Below are positions 11,501 through 64,000 of a DNA stretch of 64,000 bases, piece by piece. Position 1 is the first letter of the stretch; every line of letters begins with the position of its first letter. This DNA is from Stylophora pistillata (taxonomy: Eukaryota), in NCBI RefSeq assembly GCF_002571385.2, contig NW_019217806.1, forward strand, positions 580,562-644,561, in the 5' to 3' direction. A program made the translations under genes and the position numbers. Below the pieces are notes generated by a model. It did no database searches. It saw nothing but the letters and a program-made list of their open reading frames with translations, and had not been told where the DNA came from.

Positions 11501-14500
11501 AAACGAGAAGGAGATTGAAATGCAGCATCTCAAAGGGCGATTGTTGAGAACAACTAAAGAGTACATCGCTGATCAGAGAGTGGGTTCTACTGGGAATAAC
11601 TTGACAGCAGAAGAGCAGCGAGGGTTGAGGTCTTTACGAGCCAATAAGGACATTGTTGTCTATCAGACGGACAAGTCTGGGAGATTTGCTGTTGACACCT
11701 TGAATAACTATCGTGCTGCATGTAGGCCGCATGTGGAGAATGATCTAACTGCCACGGATGAGTTGCATGAGAGAGCACAGACGGAGGCGAATGCGCATTC
11801 GGTTATGTGGGTGAGAATCCTCAATACTGGGGAAGGTGTTGGTGGGAAAGTAAGAATTAAGAGTAACATGCTAGTAAATGACTGCACCTTCCCCCCTTTG
11901 TATGCTCTTAGGAAAGATCACAAGAACGCAGATGACCCCTCTATTGGCCCACCGGTTCGACCGGTATGTGGGGCAGTATCAGCCTACAACAGGAAATTGT
12001 CGCATTTGATGAGTTTTATTTTGGCGGAGGTGTGGAGGGAAGAGAAGAGTGTTTGTCTGAGAACTGAGGAGATTTTGGCTAACTTCAAGGAGTTAAATGA
12101 CAGCCAGGTCACGGAAGATATTGTTGTTGGCTCAGCTGATGTGAAGGCGCTGTACCCAAGTTTGGACATTAGCTTTACAGTAGAGAAAGTTTGTGAAGTC
12201 TTCCACGCAAGTGGTGTGGAAGTGGTCGGGTTAAATGTTGAGGAATTGGGATTATATCTTTCGTGGAACAGATGGGAGGAGTAGTTGAGAAATCTGGGTT
12301 TAGTGAGGTTTTGCCCACGACGCAAGACTAACAGAGGCCGACCTCCCACCATCACAGGTTGCGCTGTAGATGAGAACAGAACTAAGAGATTTCAACCTTG
12401 GCTACCACCGGTTGAGCAGCCGGACAAGGTTACTACCAGAAATATGTTCACGAAGGCGATGAAGGTTGTCCTATTATTTATCATGAAGAACCACCTCTAC
12501 ACATTCGACAATCAGATCAAGCCGCAGACAGAGGGAGGTCCGATAGGGCTTGAGCTTACTGGGGTCTTGGCCCAGTTGATTATGGTCTGGTGGGACAGAC
12601 AAATGGTAAAGAAGCTGGAAGAAAGTTGGGTGGGGTTACGGGTGTACAAGAAATACGTGGATGACATAAATGTGGTTATGAACGCTTCCGCGGCTGGTAT
12701 CAGATTTGAGGAGGGAAGTTTTACCCAAGATGAGAACTTTGCACAAATAGAGCAAAACCTCAAGCCAGATAATCGATGCATGGAGTTGTTTCAGTCGATT
12801 GGAAACAGCATGCACCCTTCTATGAGATTAGAGGTCGACTACCCGTCACGACATGTGGATGGAAAACTACCCATACTCGATTTAAAAGTCTGGATGGAGA
12901 GGAGAAGGCGTGTAGGTGATGATGGGCAAGACCGTGATATACAGGTCGTGTTACATGAGTTCTACTACAAAGATGTTGCCTCCAGATCAGTGATAAATGC
13001 AAGATCGGCCTTACCGTGGAGTTGCAAGAGAACCATACTTACGCAGGAAGTGTTAAGGATTCTCCTCAACTGTAGCAGGGAGGTACCCTGGGAGGTACCC
13101 TGGGAGGTACCCTGGGGGGTTGTTGTTGCTCACGTCAACCACATGATGTTAAGTCTTCAATATTCTGGTTACGATCAGAAGTTTCGAAAAGAAGTAGTAC
13201 GGTCAGCGTTGGCTCCCTACAACCGACTAGTGGAACCGGATGCGAATGGTGAGAAGCCGTTGTACAGGCCGAGGGAGTGGAAGTCGTAGGAACGGGCGTG
13301 AGAGAGAAAGAAGAGACGTGACTGGTTTAGGAAAGGTTTAGAAACTGGTTTAGAAACTGGTTTAGAAAAGTTGGTTATGAAACAGTGATTTTCGTACCAG
13401 CAACGCCTGGTTCCCAGATTAAACACAGGTACATGAGAGAGATCAAAGCCACAGAGTTTAAGATCAAAGTTGTTGAGCAATCTGGAACAACCCTTAAAGC
13501 CATGCTAAAAAAATCAGACCCTTTCAAACAGAGGCGATGCACCAATGCTGACTGCCTTCTCTGCCGGACTGACAGAAAGGGATCATGCCGAAGTACGGGT
13601 ATTACATATGAGTTGGTTTGCCGTGCTTGTAAATCGAAATATGTCCAGAAGTGCGTATACTCGTGGTAAAGAACACTTTCATGCTTTAGAACGGCGAGAA
13701 GAGAGCTCTGTTCTGTGGAGACATTGTTGTGAAAGGCATGGTGGAAATGAAGTGGGCTTTGTAATGGATGTAACGGGGGTTTTTCGCGACGATGCAATGT
13801 TGAGGCAGATAACGGAATCTGTACTGATAAATAAGGTTGAAGAGGGCAAGCTAATCAATTCCAAAAGCGAGTGGAATTATGTCAACGTCCCTAGAGCAGT
13901 TATGGCAATGTGACAGTTCTAGAGACCTGGTTCTGAGCGGCTACTTTTCGTGTGTTACTACACGACTTGCAGGTTTTTTTCAAAAATTTTTCAAATTTTT
14001 AGTTTTTGTTTGTCATCAACCGACGAGGTCGTAGACGAAACTAGTTTTGAAGTTTTCGCAGTAGTGTGTTGAAACTAGAAGTTAGTTGGAATTTGTTCAC
14101 TTACATGGATAATATAACCTAAATAAAGTAACTAAGAAAATCAATTGACGCATTTAACAACCATAAGGAAAATGAACTAACACTTTGAGTTTTGTAAAAG
14201 AATCAGATTTGTTTATTTCGGCTCTAAGGAAAACAGAACTAAAAAGGATCTACGTGGGGAAATGTTTTGGGTCTTTTGATAAAAATGCAAAACAACGCTT
14301 GAGGTAACGGAAGGGTAGAAAAAACACCTGTTAGATTATGACCGAGAAAAACATGGAGAAGAAAGAATATGGAGCAAGAGGGAGAAGAATGGAGAGGATA
14401 TGCTCAAGTGGCAAACGAAAAGTCTGGAAGTGATCAGGTTACCTTCTTTTACATACACCAATAAACCAATCAAGATCAAGGAATTCGCTATGATCACTTT

Positions 14501-15013
14501 ATGTATCAAGTTATTCCCGAATAGCCTGATCAGTTCAGTCAGTGATAAATAAAGTTCATATCATTTAGCAGCTATATTTACCGCAATTTACTGTTAATTC
14601 GAAATTAATTTCGTTACATAGCTAGCATCCTTCAGGTCGAATGCTGCCTTAAATTCACCCTAAAATTTAGTAGCCCACATTTTTTTTTCTCGGTTACCAT
14701 GGCTTAAAGACTGAACGATATGGCAAACTTGTTTCTATGGTACGATTTATTTTTAGAGAAAGGGAAGCGTCGAGAGAGTGGTCAGATTATTGAAAATCAT
14801 GCTTTAATTATGGCGCAATATTTTTTTTGTCCCTTTTACGAGGCACTCGAAACGACTGATATACTGATTACATGTGGTTTCACAAAGAGAAAACAAACTC
14901 TTTCTATAATATAGCATTACAAAAACTGAATTTTTTAAATAATGTATCTCTTTTTACCTCAATCAGTAAATAGATTTAGAATGGACAACACGGCAAAATC
15001 GTACCTGTGTCAT
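8570..15013 (-). CDS. MARCH-family RING-CH membrane E3 ubiquitin ligase, paralog 1
   Basis: Exons (-): 15013-15005 (MTQ, tentative), 11141-10959, 10273-10076, 9214-9055, 8694-8570. The third exon encodes a C4HC3 RING-CH (CRICRD..CRCDGSVRFAHRSCVLRW..CELC). The last two encode two hydrophobic TM segments and WVVNNSRW. Phases are compatible and junctions are GT-AG. Confidence 0.75.
9290..9520 (-). mobile_element. CORE-like tRNA-derived SINE
   Basis: Minus strand: GGATCGAGACCCGG..GTGTTCTTGGGCAAAACACTTAACTCTC..GGTACCGGCGA. Confidence 0.55.
9654..9885 (+). mobile_element. tRNA-derived SINE with V-domain-like core
   Basis: A box TGGCGCAGTGG followed by GGGTTTTTCTCCCAGTCCTCTGGTTTTCCTCCC. Confidence 0.55.
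10686..10866. repeat. (GAGT/GAAT)n microsatellite
   Basis: Seen directly. Confidence 0.9.
11291..11329 (-). ncRNA. Minimal hammerhead ribozyme motif, inverted copy
   Basis: Minus strand reads CATCAA-CTGACGG-G-GTC GTA GAC-GAAA-CTAG-TT-TTGAAG (A9G variant). Confidence 0.65.
14014..14052 (+). ncRNA. Minimal type I hammerhead ribozyme motif in the PLE terminal repeat
   Basis: CATCAA-CCGACGA-G-GTC GTA GAC-GAAA-CTAG-TT-TTGAAG. Core CUGANGA with U4C, 3-bp stem II, palindromic stem III, stem I TCAA/TTGA. Confidence 0.7.
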
Positions 15014-16114
15014 GGTCTGTCCTTGTAAATGAAATCGAAAGCGGTCTTGATGGTAAAAAAACAGGACTTCAAATGTGAAGAGAGAATTGTAAGTAATTTT
15101 TTTCCGTTATGGATCACTTGTAGCTAACAGTCACTTGTGGCCTAAAAGACCGTTATTTGAGGCAACAAAATAAACTCACAGAAAAACACTTTCAAGGAAA
15201 TCTAGTTTCCTTTTTCTACGGTAAACCCTTTGAGACACAATGATTTATTTTCAACCAATCACGCGGAGGAATTACCGAATGACGTCTGCTGAAGACAAAA
15301 GCTTTTTGTCACTTAAAGAAGGCGAAGTTCTAAAGCTTAGACTATTTTGATCGGCCATTTTTTTTCGCGTGTCATTGAAGGTTACTCAAAACACAATCGC
15401 ATTGCAATAAAAACCGATTGGCTGTCAGTTCTGTGAACATAACGTTTCCATGTTGAGTTTTTAAATTTTATTGGTCCTTTTCAAATTTTCTTTTTTGCGG
15501 CAATGGATTACTTCGCAACCTGAATTTTAACGGTAGTAACGATGTCGTCTTCGCAAACAAGGGGCGGATGTTACGAGAAATAAAAGAAACGCTGAAAAAA
15601 ATGTTGTTTTGATAGAGTAGATGAAAGCACACACAGGTGAATTTTGGGGCCTTCAATTAGACCTTTTCTCTAAAACGGATGTTTTCGTTCAACGTCTCCG
15701 TTGATCAGTTGTGTGAATTTCGGCTGGAAAATGACCGGAATATAATGACAGATGTCTCGAGAGCTCTTTTTTAGTGCAAATCGCATGAATAACTGTACGT
15801 TAAATATTTTAAACCCTGCAACGTAAACCCAGCTTACGACGAAGATTAACTATAGTTTTATTACAAACTCTTTTTCTTTACAAGCAGCTCCTATGTTGAA
15901 TACTTCAACTTTGCGCTTTTGTACTGGTGTTTTATAGCAACTCCACGTTGAATACTTGAGGGTGCTGAACCGTATTTCAGCATTTTGTTCTCACACTGGT
16001 GTCTTGTAGGAATGTGAGGAAATGCTGGTTGTTCACAGGAAGCCCAAGCTCGATATGTGAGTACATCTATAGCCAACTGTTTTGACACAACACATTTTGA
16101 CAGTTTCAAAACAC

Positions 16115-19100
16115 CTAGACAAATTCCTCTCTTGCTTTGCAAGATTCGTTACTGATCTTCTTTTCTATAACATTATTGTGAACCTGTACATCGTCTTTGT
16201 GAGTTATTATGAGCCACTGACGGTTCACATCGATCCATGCTTTCCAGTAGTAGCGAATATGTTCTATGCAGCCGCAGCAGTAGGTGAAGTAGCACACTGC
16301 CAGACCGCACGCGAAGTACAGAACAACGCAGATGGGAGAGAGGCAACGTTTAGAAGCGATCCATAGAACCATGACTATAAAGACTACCAGCACCAGACAG
16401 TAGAACAGGAAAAGGTAGGCCACGATGTCGCAAGAGCGCCATGGGAGTCTCCACTTAAGGATGCAAAAACAAACACAATGTTAATTGAAAATCACAGATA
16501 AAGAGACAGCAGACGGGCAGTCAGGCAGACTGTTCAATACTGTAGAGAGAGTCAGACAGTCTTAGTGTGTAAAGAGGCCTTTAAAGTACTTGTTTCACTC
16601 CACCCCTTTTCATCGGTCCTAATTCATATCACTAGTGGATAAAAATAGATAAAAAAATATCCTTTCAACTGAAGATTCCGCTAGAGACAAAAACAAACAA
16701 ACGAACAAATAGTTACGTCTCTAAGCGTAAGCAAAAAACAACAAGCGGAAAACAACAAAGAAACTTTCACAAACAGATTGTTTAATAGCCACGACAAAAA
16801 AAGGAGGTGAAGACAGTATGCAATACCTGTAATTTGGATATATCAACAAAGTTGAAATGGTAAATTGGCCACCGTAACAATTACAAAAGGTGACGTTTCG
16901 AGCGTTAGCCCTTCGTCGGAGCGAATAGAGGAATTGTGGGTTGTGTGTGTTTTTGAAGGCAGAAAATGGAGCTACTACGTTATTGGTGGTAACATGACAA
17001 CGAGAAAATCACGAATAAATTAGTGGAATGAAAAGCTTTCGATTGATCCCTGTGGGATTTAGACTGCCGGTTTGAAAGATGAGCTTTTGTTCAAGAGTTT
17101 TACGGCTTTCCGAGCTACCTAAGTGTAAGGAAAGACCGGAGATTGCCATATGTTGCTTAGAATGGTTAGGCAAATTAAAGTGTCCAGCGACTGGTTTCGA
17201 TGTGTCCTTGTCATTCCGTTTTCCACGTCGCGAAGGTGTTCTCTGAATCAGTCACCTAGTCTCCTGCCTGTTTCGCCGATGTATAGGCTTTTTGCAACAA
17301 GTGCAAGTTATGCAATAGATTACATTGGTTGAGGTGCACGTTGATCTTAATGGATGGTTTGGGTCCCGATATTATATCAGTGTTGTGAATGAAAGGACAC
17401 GTTTTGCATCGTGCACGAGTGCATTTAAAAGTACCTGGTTGGTCATCAGTCTGAAAAGAACTTCTGACCAAAAAATTGCCTATGAGCGGAGGCTCATTTC
17501 ATTCAAACGCGACAAAAACATAGGCAATTTTTTGGTCAGTTNGGCAGTCTAAATCCCACAGGGATCAACGAACGCTTTTCATTCCACTAATTTATTCGTG
17601 ATTTTCTCGTTGCCATGTTCCCACCAATAACGTACGTAGCTCCATTTTCTGCCTTTAAAAACACGCACAACCCACAATTCCTCTATTCGCTCCGACGAAG
17701 GGCTAACGCTCGAAACGTCAGCTTTTGTAATCGTTACGATGGCCAATTTACCATTTCAACTTTGTTGATATATCCAAATTATTTCGTTACCCCTCACCGA
17801 CGCAGCCCCTAACAGTTTCTTTAGAAACTATCAGCCTTTATTCATTTGCAATACCTGTAAGATTGGTTTGAATCCCATCTTTTTTACGGAAATTTCGTAG
17901 AGGCACAGCTCGCATGTTTTATCCTTTTTCAGTTCAAACCAGGACAGCAGGCAACTTTGATGTGCAAACTTAGCGCTTCCAGAGCATCTGCATGGGGCAA
18001 TTAATTCTTCATCCTCTCCGCCGCAATGACAGATGCGACAAAACTCAGCTTCATAACTAAACAATGAAATGTCTTTGACAGGATCACATATTTCTATTGG
18101 CAGATGATGGATGAAAAGTGTCCGTCTTGTTGTTTCCTCCAAAGAATTTATCCATCCTAGTAAACAGGATCTTCTGTTCCCCTGGCAGCTGTTTCTGTCC
18201 CAGCTTGGGAAAGACGAGGAAGCCTGACAAACGGTAAAAAGAGGAGAAAAAAGACGAAACGTTTTCAGCAACACCTTTAACCCTACCGTTGCTTTCGCGA
18301 AAGGCCTTAGGGAAGAGAAGGTTGCGCAGAGAAAATCACTTCGACAGTTTCATCTGAAGCGTATCCAACACATTCTTTTTCAGTTTATAGGAAAGTTTAA
18401 TTTTGGGGCTGAGGCTGAACCGCGGTCTTTTTTCTCTTCTACGATTTGAGCCTGTTATGTGGTATAGTATTTCAATAAATCAATTCGGACGTGTCCTGTA
18501 TTTAAACTCCTGAAACACAAGAAAATAAGCGAAATAAAGACGTTTTTAACTGACTCTCAGCCTGGGTATGTTCTTAGTATGTTTGTAAACTCTGGTCAAT
18601 CTCAGCCTGAACATTCTTAAGAAAAAAAGAGTGTCTATGTGTGTAGGCCTACTCAGTCTAAGGTCGTGGAACTTGCGTCCGACCCGATGAGCTTCGAGTC
18701 ACAATTCGGATTCTTATAAGAAGAATAGATTGTATCCGGCAAATGATCGATAAAATTTCGGAACGATTCGTTTAGCCTCGTGAGAATTCCAACCACAAAA
18801 ACACATCTTGTTGAAAAATCACAGCCTCTCAATTCTTTTTATTTTTAGAGTGTTGTATGCTTAGTGGCAGTTGAAAATTGTACGCTAAATAGATCATTAC
18901 ATAGTCAATATTTTGTTGTTGTTAATCAACAGCCTTTAGCCGTCCTGTTAGATAACGGTGTTAATTAACCTAAAAAAAATACCAAATGTCGAATTTTGAC
19001 TTGAATAACCTTGTAGTTTGGTGAAACAATTGTTCAAAAACTCTTCCTTGTCAGTTTTGTAATAAACCTCAGAATGGTAATAATTCCTTTGCAATTAAGG

Positions 19101-19485
19101 CATTTTTGCTTAGCGAGGCCATTAGACTTCAACTCTACCACACTGGAAAACGGCATTTTATAATCTTACGTTCCATCTACGATAAGCTCACTTTAGACAA
19201 CAGAAATCTAAAAATGATGAGTTATTAATTACACTCAATGTATAAAAACTGGCAGGTGATTTCAAACCAAAATATAAATTTGAAAAAAAATCTTACTGTT
19301 TCGTAGCTTTCGGTAGAAACCATCGATACAGTTCGGCTTTCTGTCGATGTTCTTGTTCGAAAACTTTCCACCGAGTCAAAACGTTCTAATTGTACCTCTT
19401 CGTCAGAAACTGGTTCTTCGGTCGATGATTTACAGTCCATTTCTGTGGGTAATGAACGACGTGACTCCGATTTAAGGGATTCCAT
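16115..19485 (-). CDS. MARCH-family RING-CH membrane E3 ubiquitin ligase, paralog 2
   Basis: Exons (-): 19485-19297, 18223-17855, 16453-16115, all phase 0. Exon 2 has CRICHCG..PCRCSGSAKFAHQSCLLSW..CELC. Exon 3 has two TM helices, YWKAWIDVNRQW and a C-terminal EEFV*. Confidence 0.82.
16833..17846. mobile_element. Penelope-like element fragment (second family) with inverted arms and GIY-YIG remnant, in intron 2 of MARCH paralog 2
   Basis: The minus-strand remnant encodes TFKCTRARCKTCPFI and, after a frameshift, YIGETGRRLGD.FREHLRDVE. Arms 16830-17070 and 17543-17782 are inverted copies. Exact 14-bp TSD TGCAATACCTGTAA at 16819-16832 / 17847-17860. Confidence 0.88.
17689..17722 (+). ncRNA. Minimal type I hammerhead ribozyme motif (PLE family 2)
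   Basis: GCT-CCGACGA-A-GGGC TAAC GCTC-GAAA-CG-TC^AGC, with a GUC cleavage triplet and predicted cleavage after 17719. An inverted copy lies at about 16889-16922. Confidence 0.75.
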
Positions 19486-21076
19486 TCGGTAAATATTGCT
19501 TCACTAGAGCTTCAAACATTAACTTATGCAAGAGAAAATCCACAAATGAAGTTAGACCAAAATTCTTACGAGCAGCGAACTTGTTTCTCCGGTGTTTCGA
19601 TATAACTTGAACTCAGAAAGAATGCGATCGCTCCACTCAAATATGGTGGAATTATCAGACTTAAAAAAAAATTATCACCGCGCAGGCCTCGTGAAATAAA
19701 TTATTCATCTTCCAAATTGATGCTGAATGTGGCGATGGTTAAATTTTTACAGCTTTTCTCAGAATTTACATGATTTACTCCGAAAACAAGTTGTACGCCC
19801 TTCGTTTTCAAACTGGGCCGATCGAAGCCAAGAAGGGATAAAAAAAAGCCCGAAATGTTTGTAGCGTTTTCTTTTAGGTCAGAAATACGGTCTATATTCT
19901 GCGTTTGTCTCTTAATTAATATTCTTCCTATCTCGGCAGAAATCTTTGAATTATCCAATTGGGAGAAAATGCATCTCTTAGACATGAACCAATATACCCA
20001 GAAAACATTACAGTTTTATGATTTAAGTATGTTAGTTATGTTTTCGTGTATTTCTATCTTTTAACGTGCTAATGTCTTACGAATTTATTTTCATTTCTAA
20101 ATTTGCTCGGCAGACCTAAATATCAGATAATTCTGTAATTTTGAACCGCGAATTTTACTTACAGGGTCAGCTCGCGCGCTCAAGAACTTGCTCAACTTGT
20201 TTACTTAAGTTGTTTGTCTTTCAAGGGAGAATGTTGTGCGATGTATGAAATCATGTTTAGCGTAGTTTCTCCACGAACACCAATTAATATACTTTCTGAT
20301 TTGATACCTTGAAGATTGTCGATATATCTCTCTCGTGATTTACCCTTAAATCACAAAAAAGAAAAAAACTAAACCGAAATAGAAATATTTAAGTACAAAT
20401 CAAATAGAAAAAAATGAAAAAGAATTCAACGAGAAAATGAATTTATCTTCTGCTCAGCATGACGTCATAAAAGGGACAGCGGTGACCCGATATCTTGGTC
20501 ACGTCATGGTGTTCAGAATGTTGTCTTTGCTCGTGATGCACTTTACAAATTGGTGGGAAAAGTTCATTCGAAGAGAGCTTAAACCTCATATGGCCGAATT
20601 ATTGAAATTTAGAGAAATCATCAGAGGGTTATCAAAGAAAAAGTGTTTTTAAAAAGTACATAATGTAGTGTGTCAGCTCCTCGTTGTGACTATAGAAATT
20701 CAAACATAAGAGGGCCATTGACACCAACCTTTGGAGGATTTGACGTTTCTTGGATCCATTCCCTATAAATTAAGGTTCACTTTCTTATCAACCTGTCTTT
20801 GGTAAGAAAGAATGAAGAGGTCAGTTTAAAAGCCAAAAGATCCACTGTGTAAATATTACGAATAACTGTTGCGCTGATAATGAATGAATAAAGAATTTGT
20901 CTGTTGTGAGCAGACGGTTTCGAGTTACATGAAGTCCCTTCCACAAAGACCTATTGATGTTATCTGACGCCTCCGTGCGTGCTTCAGATCCTCGAAAAAT
21001 GGCTGGCCTTTCGAGTGATCTGTAAGGTCTGACTTTATCATAGTTTCCCTTCTACGCGCAGTAAACACTCAACACC

Positions 21077-62316
<41,240 letters not shown>

Positions 62317-63912
62317 AGTTATGGATTTGAAATCCCGCTAGTATTTTACCTCTCTTAAGTCAAAGACAACAGCCAGGCCATCACTTTAGTATATTTTGAA
62401 AACGTTTCCTAATTCGATGTTATCGTCTTAGCATAGTACGTTGAAATTGAAAGAATGAATCTTGAACGAAAACCTTTGTGTTTTACTAATCTTACGCTTT
62501 ATTATTTAAATTATAGTAAAATCACAAACCCTTGGTTGTGCTTTTTCCTTTCATTTTTGTCTTCCCTTCCCTCATTTCAAAGTAATGGTAGACCTCACAA
62601 ATTGTATTATTTTCACATCCGCCATTAAGACGTTTTCGTCAAATTATGACTGCAGCGTTTTTGAAATTACAAGGAGTAACCCATCATTTGCTTATTGCCT
62701 TTAACTGTGCTTAAATTCTAATTTACTCTTAATGGTGGAAATGGAGGTTTTATGGTTTATGGAGCATAGCTCTCTACTAAACCTAAAGCTTGTGAATCCA
62801 GCCGATATTGAGGGAGGTCACAACAAAGAACTTGTTTCCATGTTTTCCTTTAGAAAAACATCCTGCCCTGTTTTCTGTCAGAGTGGAGACTTGCTATTTA
62901 GTGACAGTTGTTAAGGTATTAACAATACACATTACTTAAAAAAAAAAGAACCAAAAAGCCAAAAAAAGAAAAAGGATGGGTAAGTGGAGACAGGAAATAA
63001 CTGTGCTTAACATGCGTCAGTCGTGGTTATTTTGGTCTCGGTCGCGCGCAACTCGTTAGCATTATGTAATAAATTGCTCAATAGGACGGGAAGATTATAT
63101 ACTCCTTTAATGCGGATGCAAAATAAGCCAAGTTTTCCGAATATAAACATAGAAACATGTTAATCGCTTCACTACCAAGATCTCATTATCCATCCTCTGC
63201 ATTCTGAGAAGCATCTCTTACAATCAAAGCCCAGAGAATTTTGAGTGAATTAAAAATATTTCCCTTAGATTATTTTCTTTTTACTTCTCGTCACATTTGT
63301 ATTTGGGTTGATATTAGAAAAAGCAGTTTTTATTTCTGTCACTCTTGTTCAAGGGTGGTGATGCAGCGATCCAATTCATTTACATTTTAACCTTTGAGAT
63401 GGAATTTACGAACGTGCTCAAGTTTTTGCTTTAATTTCTTAGATGTCTTACACTCTTCTTTTACGTTAATAAATTGCTCGTATGGACTGTACGGTGTGCC
63501 CCTATGGCGTCACTGCTCTTGTGGATGGAAGACAGAGGTCAAAGTAGAGCGCGTGGAATACTATGCTATCCTGATAAACCTCATCTAAATTGAGTGTTCT
63601 TAACCCGCTAGCACTGGCGGCAGAGTAAAACACGTAAACTTTGACTTTCGGTTTAAACAGGATGCTTGTTTTTTTTTTTTTCCCGAACCTTCTTGTTGCT
63701 TGAAACACTGTCATGACTGTTTTTCTTCTTCAAGGATTTCAGCATCACATGTGACCCCATCGAGAATTATATGCGGCTTAAGAAATCTTCAAAACACAAG
63801 CTCTTCCGCTTGCTGAGCGGATTGATTCATTCGGAATAATCTATAAATAGTCTTCCGTAGAATAGACTAAAACAGATGTTGAATGTGGTTTCTATGGTAT
63901 GACAACAGTGGA

Positions 63913-63999
63913 TTACCACAGCAGCTCATAAGTCGTCCGATCTTTCCGGTGTTTAGACAACTTGACATCAGGTTCGTCTTTAACTGAGCCTTCTTTGGG
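63913..63999 (-). CDS. Possible last coding exon of a gene extending beyond the window
   Basis: Open frame PKEGSVKDEPDVKLSKHRKDRTTYELLW*. A second frame is also open and no homology was recognised. Confidence 0.2.
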   Translation of the reverse strand, partial: PKEGSVKDEPDVKLSKHRKDRTTYELLW

Positions 64000-64000
64000 T

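Larger units (their letters stand above)
11179..14111 (+). mobile_element. Penelope-like retroelement (RT plus C-terminal GIY-YIG endonuclease), 5'-truncated and decayed, in intron 1 of MARCH paralog 1
   Basis: Broken ORF 11415-13913 with GSADVKALYPSL, GGPIGLELTGVLAQL, KYVDD, LPILDLKV, GITYELVC..RSAYTRGKEH and INSKSEWN; stops at 12282 and 13287 plus frameshifts. A 119-bp inverted repeat lies at 11228-11346 / 13997-14115. Degenerate TSD 11163-11178 / 14112-14127 (14/16). Confidence 0.9.

Noticed and set aside
12282-13390. In-frame stops in the PLE ORF as possible recoding or selenocysteine
   Set aside because: Two stops are TAG, and frameshifts and local 12-bp duplications are also present, which indicates ordinary decay.

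Overview
AT-rich, intron-rich animal genomic DNA. The gene and repeat content fits a cnidarian, probably a stony coral (inference). Genes: (1) the 3' part of SPAG16/PF20 (WD40, + strand, stop 7410); (2) two tandem MARCH-type RING-CH transmembrane E3 ligase paralogs on the - strand (about 8570-15013 and 16115-19485); (3) a complete fibrillar collagen gene of about 70 exons on the + strand (21077-62316) with signal peptide, vWA domain, minor helix, about 342 Gly-X-Y triplets built mostly from 45/54-bp exons, and a COLFI domain. Introns hold CR1/L2 LINE fragments, tRNA-derived SINEs, MITEs and microsatellites. The most notable signal is four independent insertions with the same architecture: two arms in opposite orientation, both 3' ends facing outward, flanked by a 12-16 bp AT-rich target-site duplication (TSD). 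Three are Penelope-like elements (PLEs) from families carrying minimal hammerhead ribozymes. One of these begins exactly at the predicted ribozyme cleavage site, and another duplicated a host splice donor to create an AG|GT junction. The fourth is a non-coding, tRNA-Thr-containing unit of 250 bp with terminal redundancy that appears to use the same insertion machinery. All calls come from manual reading; no searches or folding programs were run.
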